Positions 40,764 through 51,085 of a DNA stretch of 64,000 bases are shown piece by piece. Each line of letters begins with the position of its first letter. Position 1 is the first letter of the stretch. The position numbers and the translations under genes were made by a program. The stretch lies in contig VJWM01000218.1 of NCBI GenBank assembly GCA_010909165.1, positions 248,001 through 312,000 on the forward strand, in the 5' to 3' direction. Source of the stretch: Anthoceros angustus. Its lineage: Eukaryota > Plantae > Anthocerotophyta. Below the pieces are notes generated by a model. The model ran no database searches. It saw only the letters and a program-made list of their open reading frames with translations, and had not been told where the DNA came from.

Positions 40764-41927
40764 CTGCGCTCAGAGTAGCTCCCCGAAATCAATCGGCTCT
40801 ACAGGAGTGATCTCGCAAGGCAAGGCACGCGCGGCGCTATCGTCTCCTCGTTGAGGACCTCCAGCTGCAACTGAGATCCGTAAGGCAAGGATATGAGGAT
40901 TTACAACCACCAGACCAGATTTCCAGGGTGGAAGGAGGAGGAGGAGGAGGAGGAGGAGGAGGGCAATGGAGGCCCCTCCTATAAATAGGCCCCTCCTATA
41001 AATAGGCCCCTCCTATAAATAGGCCCCACCGCAGCGTGCTGCGGTGCGGAGAAGGTGGGTACCGGCGTTGCGGTGCGAACAAGGGTCTACAACAAGGGTT
41101 TACAACAAGTCTAGAACAAGGCCACAAGCAAGGGGTGCGCGGAAGTAGGGGCGGCCCTGCTTGTGGCCTTGTTCTAGACCCTTCACTAGTGCCCGTGTGG
41201 CCACGCAAAGAGGCATGTAAGGAAAGCCATGGCCGCTTACATGCGGTGCATTGCACCGTATGTAAGAAGGGTGGGGGCAACCACCCTCCACCGCTGCGGT
41301 GCGGGGCCTATTTATAGGAGGGGCCTATTTATAGAGGGACCTATTTATTCACATTTTATTAGTTTTTTACTGTGATGTTATCCAACTTGTACGAAAGGGC
41401 GCTTACAAAACTAGAAAATATACCGGTCTTGTGTGAAACGAGGAACCATTGCCCTGCCATGGCCGCTTTTGTTCCAAGGTTGAGGAAAACCGCGGTGGAA
41501 GGGTACCGGGCCTATGTCCTTTATTGGCGGCCTATGAGGTGAGTGAGGCGATTTTGCCAGGTGGAACTGGCTACTACCTTACTATCGGGTATGGAACCAT
41601 TTGGGCAACCATTCTGAACTATAGTTCCGGGAACTAGTTCTGAAACTATAGTTCCGGAACTAGTTCCCGGAACTAGTTCCGGGAACCATTTGGGCAACTT
41701 TGCAATATGGCGGGCAAAGTTCCATATGGCCCCACCCAAGGTGAGGCCTATGAAACCTGCAACAGCAGTCGGTGGCCTCCACCTTCAAGTGCCACCTTCA
41801 GTGTGCAAGCCGGAGTCGGATGCAAAGTGTGCACTGAGTGTGAGGCCGAGTACCACCGAGCCGGGGTCCTGAGCTGAGCTGAAGCGGTGTGGGGCTGGGG
41901 GCTGGAGGGCTGGAGAAGCGGTGTCTG

Positions 41928-42238
41928 ATGGATCCCAAATCTCTCACTTACAGCTTTGTGGCGCAGGGCACGGAGGTGCTGTGAGTACAGTGTCGTGTCG
42001 GGGAGCTTCGAAAGGGTGGCCCAACGACGCCTGTACAGAACTGCGCCTTCACATCAACCACAAGGTCACGGACACGCGGGATAAGTACACGTTCCACTAT
42101 TTGATCGAGGATGGGTTTAGTAAGTGGCCTTGTGCTCCTTCTGTTAGCCTCTTCGCTGCTCATGATGCGCAAACGAATGTGGTGATGCCGTTGCCGACCT
42201 CCACCTGCCTTCTAATGTGCTTTGTTGTGCTTTTGCAG
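41928..42238 (+). pseudogene. VAMP72-derived copy D, truncated at the intron-1 acceptor
   Basis: ATGGATCCCAAATCTCTC...ttttgcag followed by fold-back. Confidence 0.85.
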
Positions 42239-42621
42239 TCCTGCTGAACTCGTGCCAAGAAGGCAAGTGGCAGCGAGCTTTCCATCCCTTCCTCTGCCAC
42301 CACAAGATAGGCTGCAAAAGCACAACAAAGCACATTAGAAGGCAGGTGGAGGTCGGCAACGGCATCACCACATCTGTTTGCGCATCATGAGCAGCGAAGA
42401 GGCAACAGAAGGAGCACAAGGCCACTTACTAAACCCATCCTCGATCAAATAGTGGAACGTGTACTTATCCCGCGTGTCCGTGACCTTGTGGTTGATGTGA
42501 AGGCGCAGTTCGTACAGGCGTCGTTGGGCCACCTTTCGAAGCTCCCTGACACGACACTGTACTCCGCTAGCACCTCCGTGCCCCGCGCCACAAAGCTGTA
42601 AGTGAGAGATTTGGGATCCAT
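42237..42621 (-). pseudogene. VAMP72-derived copy E, truncated
   Basis: Near-identical to 36674-37061. Confidence 0.85.
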
Positions 42622-43762
42622 CAGACACCGCTTCCCAGCCCTCCAGCCCCCAGCCCCCACACCGCTTCAGCTCAGCTCAGGACCCCGGCTCGGTGGTACT
42701 CGGCCTCACACTCAGTGCACACTTTGCATCCGACCGGCTTTCTGCACACTGAAGGTGGCACTTGAAGGTGGAGGCCACCGACTGCTGTTGCAGGTTTCAT
42801 AGGCCTCACCTTGGGGTGGGGCTTGCATTGGAACTTTGCCCGCCATATTGCAAAAGTTGCCCAAATGGTTCCGGAACTAGTTCCGGGAACTAGTTCGAAA
42901 ACTATAGTTCCTGAACTAGTTCCGGAACTATAGTTCCCGGAATGGTTGCCCAAATGGTTCCATACCCGATAGTAAGGTAGTAGCCAGTTCCACCTGGCAA
43001 AATCGCCTCACCTCATAGGCCCGCCAATAAAGGACATAGGCCCGGTACCCTTCCACCGCGGTTTTCCTCAACCTTGGAACAAAAGCGGCCATGGCAGGGC
43101 AATGGTTCCTCGTTTCACAAGACCGGTATATTTTCTAGTTTTGTAAGCGCCCTTTCGTACAAGTTGGATAACATCACAGTAAAAAAACTAATAAATGTGA
43201 ATAAATAGGTCCCTCTATAAATAGGCCCCTCCTATAAATAGGCTGGCACCGCAGCGCGGAGGTGGGTAAAAGTTGCCCCACCTTCCTTACATACGGTGCA
43301 ATGCACCGTGCATGTAAGCGGCCATGGCTTTCCTTACATGCCTCTTTTGCGTGGCCACACGGGCATAGTGAAGGGTCTAAACACACAAGCTGGGGCCCAC
43401 CTACTTCCGCGCACCCCTTGCTTGTGGCCTTGTTCTAGACTTGTTGTAAACCCTTGTTGTAGACCCTTGTTCGCACCTGCAACGCTGGTACCCACCTTCC
43501 TCCGCACCGCAGCACGCTGCGGTGTGGAGTGGAGGAAGGTGAGAGGAGGGCAAAGGAGGGGGCCCATTGCCCTCCTCCTCCTCCTCCTCCTCCTTCCACC
43601 CTGGAAATCTGGTCTGGTGTTGTAAATCCTCATATCCTTGCCTTACGGATCTCAGTTGCAGCTGGAGGTCCTCAACGAGGAGACGATAGCGCCGCGCGTG
43701 CCTTGCCTTGCGAGATCACTCCTGTAGAGCCGATTGATTTGGGGGAGCTACTCTGAGCGCAG

Positions 43763-45163
43763 ATGGATCCCAAATCTTCACTTACTGCTTTGTGGCGCGG
43801 GGCACGGAGGTGCTAGGAGTACAGTGTCGTGTCGGGGAGCTTCAAAAGGGTTGCCCAAGGACGCCTGCACGAATTGCGCCTTCACATCAACCACAAGGTC
43901 ACGGACACGCGGGATAAGTACACGTTCCACTATTTGATCGAGGATGGGTTTAGTAAGTGGCCTTACCCTGCCGTGTGTTAAGTTGCTCCTTCTGTTAGCC
44001 TCTTCGCTGCTCATGATGCGCAAACGAATGTGGTGATGCCGTTGCCGACCTCCACCTGCCTTCTAATGTGCTTTGTTGTGCTTTTGCAGCCTATCTTGTG
44101 GTGGCAGAGGAAGGGATGGAAAAGCCGCTGCCACTTGGCTTCTTGGCACGAGTTCAGCAGGACTTCAGGAGCAAATATGGCGGGGGAGGCTCACACTGCT
44201 TGCTCACGGTCTTGACAAGGAGTTTGGGTATTGGACTGCAGCACCCTCATTGCCCTCACGTGTTGCCGAGGATTTCTATAAGCTTACGCGCTTTTCATCA
44301 TTCTGGCATGCTGTGTTCCTTTCAGCCCGAGGTTGAAACAGCACATGCAGCACTGTGTCCGTCATGCAGGGAAATGAGCATGATTTCGGTTTTGAGATCG
44401 CAGCTTGCAAGATTGAAGGACACCTTCCTAGACTGTTTTGAGAAGGTGAGCAAGGGCCCATATGCTGTGACCTAGACTGGAGCTTTACTCACGATTTGCA
44501 CCCCATCAACCTTTCTTTTGCACTTCATGGCTGGGGTTTCATCCGGTACACATGTCTCGGACGCTAACAGTGCTTTCGGATGAACAGGTGTGTGATGGGG
44601 AGAGAACATTCAACTGGTGTTCGACAAGGTAAAGAAGCTCGCCGTTCAGGTTAGTGTGTTGCCTCTCGGTCGCAAAAATAAGGCTGGAACCTGGAATTCG
44701 TTGTGAGCAGAGAGGATCTGACTCTATGGCAAAGAAGGTCACTTCTAGAGCATTTTTGTCTGGACACACACTTTGCCACCGTGTGTCCTCAGGCTGACAA
44801 CTTGAGAAGGCTGAGTGGGCACCTTGAATGGTGGTTCAAGGACATGAAGATGAAGCTGATTGTGGTAGCTGTCCTCACTCTCATCATACTTCTCATGATC
44901 CGACGGCAGCCCACTCCTGCTCTGGACCCAGAGGCCATTGTCCGACACATATTTTCTGCCACCTGCGCCCCTCCTGCTCTGGACCCAGAGGCCATTGTCC
45001 GACACATGTTTTCTGCCACCTGCGCCCCTCCTGCTCCGGAGCCCCAGGCCGACAACCCTCTTCGAGGAGCGATTTTTGGTGGGATTTGTATGGGCAAATG
45101 GATATAGCGATTTTGTGGGATTTCGTCAATGAAGAAGAAGAAGAAGAAGAAGAATTTTATTGA
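43763..45163 (+). pseudogene. VAMP72-derived copy F (duplicate of B, many indels)
   Basis: Near-identical to 38236-39611. Confidence 0.8.
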
Positions 45164-45537
45164 AGTCCACTAAGGACGGATTTCCGTCATGGGACTTGGT
45201 ACTTAACAACTTGTACCATGGTATGCCTAAGCTATGTACTTGCACCAAGGGCATTCATTCCCTTTAGGCACCCCATCTAAGTACCGATCCAAGCGCAGGA
45301 TGCTTAATAATCACGTTCTTATAAATGTGTGTCCATTTTGGCCAAAGACATTATCTATGCGCTTCTATCTAGACACACTTCGTAGTAACATCTTCAGACA
45401 GCGGTCCTGAACGATGGCAACAGTATGGCAACCGGACCCGCTGTGGACCCAACAAAATGGTGTGTGTGCAGGATTCTACGAGGAGCCCCCGCTCACCTCA
45501 TCGCAGCGAATCAATCCCAGGCAAACAAAGCCTTCAG

Positions 45538-46603
45538 GTGCAGCAGGTCCACAGAGCAAATCATGCAGCAGAGGTGTAAGTAACGCCAGCGCCGAGAACC
45601 TTTTCCCCGGAGGATCACTTGACATGACGATCCCGGATCGGGTGACCTTTCGGGAGAGCGAGGCCAGCAAGGTTGCTATTGGTCAGATCAATGTCGGGAA
45701 TGTTGGTTGATATTCAATCTTATCATGGAGATGGCCCAGCCTTCTCCGGCATTCATCCTCCTCTTCACTCTTGCATTCAGGTTCTGTTGGAAAAGCAACA
45801 GCATGAAAGATGATGCCATTGTCAGCTAAGAAGGATTTGGTTGTCGGCTGTTGTGAGCATAGCTAGACAGTGTTGAGGGATTGCAGTCTTTAATTTGCTC
45901 GGGGACGCTCTTTGAAGAGCCTTTCCTGCACTTTTTCCCTAGAGTGGAGTTTGTCATCAAGTTTCCACAATGACGATCCAGGCGCTCGGCAGGGACAGCG
46001 ATGTTATCCAGGTTGCCAAATCCAGCATGTCGGGAGGCAACGGGAGGACAGCTACGCGCGAAGAACTCGCAGCTGCAAGCACGTTTTCAACTTCTGTGAA
46101 AGCGTGCTGTACACCGCCTTGAGGGAGATGCGGGATGTACCTGCGCGTGCCAGCTCGATTCTATGACTACTATCTTCCTGTTCATCAATTTGCTCGGCTG
46201 ACAAGATGCCACTAATCATGGGCTGCTTGATACGAACAGCAGAGGTGGACTTTGCCACCATGTTGTCCACTACCATCAAAACAGCTTGGAGATGACATCC
46301 TACCACCACCATGGATTTCAGAAACTTCATCCCTCACGACCATCTCCTGAGAAAACACCCATTCTCGTGTATTCCTCTAGAGCATTGAACCCCTGCCTTG
46401 AAGTGACTCGTTTTTGGACAATCATCATCGAAAAGGATTTGCAACAGCTTAGGATCTCATCAAGTGCTGAAGGCAGGGTTGCTGGGGTTCTCATGATAGC
46501 TCAGACACATCTGCACGTCTTCGAAAGCCTGAATCCAGAGAAGCATCACAGAATATAATGAGGATTCCACAGTGATGCACCTTTTCTTGCCATCATGTGC
46601 TCA
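45538..46603. repeat. Dispersed direct duplicate of ~50222-51546 with a ~240 bp internal deletion
   Basis: ggtgcagcaggtccacagagc...gtcagctaagaa, then ttggttgtcggctg...catcatgtgctca; ~50517-50759 is absent. Confidence 0.9.
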
Positions 46604-48778
46604 CCAGAGGGCAAACCAGATGCCTTCATGTGGTCTTCCATAATCTCTGCGCTAAGCATGGGAAACCTAATGAGGCCATACAACTGTACCATGAGATGCG
46701 TAGGTCAGGAGTGAAGGCGGATGCTCACGTCTTTGTAGCTGCCCTTCAAGCTTGTGCATTTGCAGCCGACTTGGAATCTGGCAGAAAAGTGCACTGTGAT
46801 GTGGTGCAGAGTGGCATTCCTACTAACTTGTTTGTTGGCAACTGCCTGGTGGACATGTATGCAAAATGTGGTGAACTGGAAGATGCACGCCAGGTTTTGA
46901 CAGCATGGCCACAAAGGATGTGGTGACATGGACATGCTGATTGCATGCAAAATGTGGTGAACTGGAAGATGCACGCCAGGTTTTGACAGCATGGCCACAA
47001 AGGATGTGGTGACATGGAATGCCCTGATTGCTGGGTATGCACAGCAAGGACTCGGCCAAGAGGCGCTTGTTGTATGGACAAATGGAGGAGGCGGGCCTCA
47101 TTTTGGCTGACCATGTTACTTTTGCTTGCCTTCTGAAGGCCTGTGGAAGCACTGGTGCCTTACAGAAGGCAGGCAGCTGCACTCACAGATCGAAAGAGGA
47201 CTGCTGGATGTTGTGGCAACTGCCTGGTGGACATGTATGCAAAATGTGGTGAACTGGAAGATGCACGCCAGGTTTTTGACAGCATGGCCACAAAGATGTG
47301 GTGACATGGAATGCCCTGATTGCTGGGTATGCACAGCAAGGACTTGGCCAAGAGGCGCTTGTTGTATGGACAAATGGAGGAGGGGCCTCATTTTGGCTGA
47401 CCATGTTACTTTTGCTTGCCTTCTGAAGGCCTGTGCAAGCACTGGTGCCTTACAGAAGGCAGGCAGCTGCACTCACAGATTGAAAGAGGACTGCTGGACG
47501 TAGTGGTCAACTGCCTGGTGGACATGTATGCAAAATGTGGTGAACTGGAAGATGCACGCCAGGTTTTTGACAGCATGGCCACAAAGGATGTGGTGACATG
47601 GAATGCCCTGATTGCTGGGTATGCACAGGGACTCAGCCAAGAGGCGCTTGTTGTGTATGGACAAATGGAGGAGGGGCCTCATTTTGGCTGACCATGTTAC
47701 TTTTGCCTTCTGAAGGCCTGTGAAGCACTGGTGCCTTACAGAAGGCAGGCAGCTGCACTCACAGGTTGTGGAAAGAGGACTGCTGGATTACGTGGTGTTG
47801 GGCACCTGCTTGGTGGACATGTATGCAAAATGTGGTGAACTGAATGTTGCACGCCAGGTTTTTGACAGTATGGCTAATAAAGATGTGGTGACTTGGAATG
47901 CCCTGATTGCTGGGTATGGTACTTGTGATGAAGGTCACAAGGCACTAGCTTGTTTTGAGGAGATGTTAGGATTCGGGATTCAGCCTAATGATACAACTTT
48001 TACTTGCCTTTTAGTAGCATGCAGTCATGAGGACTGGTCCAGGAGGGCCGCAAGCACTTTGATTCCATGGCTGAACAGCATGGCATCAAACCTACTTGAG
48101 CATTATAATTGCATGATTGATCTTCTTGGGCGTGGGCCATTTAGATGAGGCAGAGAAGATGCTATTATCATGTGAGGGCCAAAGTAATGTTGTGGGATTG
48201 ACGTCTTTGTTGAATGCCTGCAAAAGTCACGGGGATATAGAGAGCAATGTGGTGTTTTGAAAGCATTGTTAGGCTGGACCCTCAGGAGGCGCCTGCCTAT
48301 GTGCTCATGGCCAATGCCTATGCAGATGCAGGTAGGTGGACCGATGTAGACAGGATTGAACACAGAGAAGGGCAGCAGGAGCTAACAAGAAACCTGCAGT
48401 GGCGACCATTGAGGTGAATAAGCAGGTACATAGATTTCTGGTGGGAGAAAGGAGAGGATATTGCTTAAGGTAGAGAGCACGAATGCACGTCTGAAGCAGG
48501 AAGGAGGCCACGTACCACACAAAGTTGGTGTTGAAGCCACTGTGTGAGGAAAAGGAAGATGCGCTTTGTGGGCATGCTGAGAAGCTAGCTCTGGCGTTTG
48601 GTCTCTTGAACACTGAGTGGGACACCTCTGGTGGTAACGAAGAATCTACGCATGTGCAGTGACTGCCACAGTTCCACGGAGATCATGTCAAGGCTTGAAC
48701 AGAGACATTGTTGTAAGGGATGGGTACCGTGTGCATCGATTCGCAGCTGGTTGTTGCAGTTGTAAGGGTCGACCGTGA
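46604..48778 (+). CDS. PLS-class PPR protein with E domains and DYW:KP domain (GRP terminus); 5'-truncated and frameshifted as assembled
   Basis: Repeats of CLVDMYAKCGELEDARQVFD, DVVTWNALIAGY, DHVTFACLLKAC; HYNCMIDLLGR; KKPAVATIEVNKQVHRFLVGE; GHAEKLALAFGL; KNLRMCSDCH; HRFAAGCCSCKGRP*. Confidence 0.9.
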
Positions 48779-50895
48779 GAAGAATGAAAAAGGAGCCAGT
48801 GCTCAAGTGTGGACGTCCATCCATGGATTTCACTTGTTCGTGTAGGGATGGGCATTCGAAAACTATGAAACTAGGTCTACCAACTATGCAACGAGTGCCA
48901 TTATCTGTGAAAGTATGTACATATTTCCACTGACTATGAGTTGCGTTTCGTAGTTTCAGTGTTGCCAGGATCTTAAAAACATTCACCGTTTTGAGCTGTT
49001 TGATCTGGTCCAGGCCTCAAGAAGGAGTACGCCGTAGCTGAAACTGGCTGACCAATGTGAGGCTGAGATGGCCGGTGCTTCGATTTCAGTAGACTGTCGC
49101 TGGCTACATTTCAGAGGAGATGCACAATGAAAAGACAAGGAGCTACTGTATGCAATATTGCAATGTTTGACTTGATGTTAAGTTGAACTCTCTAAGCAGG
49201 AGGAGCATTTTTGTCTGGACACACACACAGGACATGTTGCAGCTGCGTGTTTCGGGAACACGATTCATGTCTAGCTAGCGTGTCTGGCGCGGCGTGTACG
49301 GTTTTGAGAGATTTTTTTGGATCATGCCCTGATTACAAAGCTCCGAGGTCTTACTGTCGGTATGCAGGTACTCTGATTCATCCAGCAAGTACGACATGGC
49401 GTTGGATACGGATCATCAATTTGTTCCATCTGCCGAGCGAGAAGATACGAGCGCCTTCTTGAACACATCTGTGTCATTTCCAATGTGAAAATATTCACTG
49501 CCATGGTGGGACAGGAACGTTTGTCGATCTGGAGCCGAGACCCGATTGGTGCCAGGTTGCCTGAGGTCCGTGGTGAGGCTGTTGTGGCAAGTGTGGGGTT
49601 TGAGATGGTTTTATGTTGGAAGTTGAGGTTGGAAGGATGTTCGGTTTCGCAGGTGATGGATGACTCGTGAAGCGATCGCAACTGGTGGCGGGTGACGATG
49701 ACTTGCTTCAGCTCTTCAGACTGCGGTGAAGATGGCGAATTTCGGTTTTCTGGGGTATCTGGCGGGTGAAGACGACCGCTTCAGCTCTTCGCTTCAGACC
49801 GTCGTGAGGATGGCGAGTTTCGGATTCTGTTGGATAGAACAAGTGCCAAACGAGTAGGTCATTTGAAGAAACACCAGAAGACTAGGTACTGTATGGAACA
49901 GAAACGATTGAAGGGGAATATATTGTATAAAATAGCTACTTACGTGAAAATAACTTAAGACTTAGAGTTAAACCATCCAACTGGAGCACTTTCATTCTCT
50001 GGTGACGCGCGGTTCTCGGCAACTGACGAGGCCACGCGGCCCGCATTGGAGGAGCGGAGGGCCCTCTCTTGGGCAGCCGCGTATCGTCTTCAAATGGATC
50101 TACATTTTTTGTGTGTTCTTTCTTCTTCTCCAGCCACGTGGGTTCAGCATGGCCCAAGGAGGGTGGCGCGACGAGAAACGTGTGCAGGCGCAAATAATGC
50201 AGCTGGGACGTCGCTGGGTGCGGTGCAGCAGGTCCACAGAGCAAATCATGCAGCAGAGGTGTAAGTAACGCCAGCGCCGAGAACCTTTTCCCGGAGGATC
50301 ACTTGACATGACGATCCCGGATCGGGTGACCTTTCGGGAGAGCGAGGCCAGCAAGGTTGCTATTGGTCAGATCAATGTCGGGAATGTTGGTTGATATTCA
50401 ATCTTATCATGGAGATGGCCCAGCCTTCTCCGGCATTCATCCTCCTCTTCACTCTTGCATTCAGGTTCTGTTGGAAAAGCAACAGCATGAAAGATGATGC
50501 CATTGTCAGCTAAGAAACGGCAATTTGAATGCGAAGCCGTGGCAGAGTCTTGCTTGAATTAGAGGTGTGCTATGCTCTATGATTTGGCAAATTGCGCACC
50601 GAGCAACCTAGGAGGCCGACTGTAAAATGGCCCTTTGCTGGAAGTTGAAGTTCCTCACTCAGCTGTAGCTTCTCGTTGCTCTGACCATTTTGGTGTCTGC
50701 GGTTCCCTACGACAGAAGCCACGGCTGCTTTCATCGCGTATCAGCGCTGTGTGTTTGCTATTTGGTTGTCGGCTGTTGTGAGCATAGCTAGACAGTGTTG
50801 AGGGATTGCAGTCTTTAATTTGCTCGGGGACGCTCTTTGAAGAGCCTTTCCCTGCACTTTTTCCCTAGAGTGGAGTTTGTCATCAAGTTTCCACA

Positions 50896-51085
50896 ATGAC
50901 GATCCAGGCGCTCGGCAGGGACAGCGATGTTATCCAGGTTGCCAAATCCAGCATGTCGGGAGGCAACGGGGAGGACAGCTACGCGAAGAACTCGCAGCTG
51001 CAAGCACACGTTTTCAACTTCTGTGAAAGCGTGCTGTACACCGCCTTGAGGGAGATGCGGGATGTACCTGCTCCTGCGCCCGGCG
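50896..51085 (+). pseudogene. SABATH methyltransferase N-terminal fragment (second copy at ~45970-46150)
   Basis: MSGGNGEDSYAKNSQLQ matches the SABATH MxGGxGxxSYxxNSxxQ signature; similarity ends after about 60 codons. Confidence 0.75.

Larger units (their letters stand above)
40329..44210. repeat. Large palindrome: arms ~40329-42238 and ~42312-44210, ~73 bp loop
   Basis: C(-), spacer(-), D(+) mirrored by E(-), spacer(+), F(+). Confidence 0.88.
42237..45546. repeat. Direct duplication (~3.3 kb) of ~36674-39980
   Basis: Near-identical sequence differing mainly by small indels. Confidence 0.9.

Noticed and set aside
49000-50520. Short ORFs downstream of the PPR gene
   Set aside because: No identifiable homology; only a 24-bp match near 49203 to a VAMP-derivative intron
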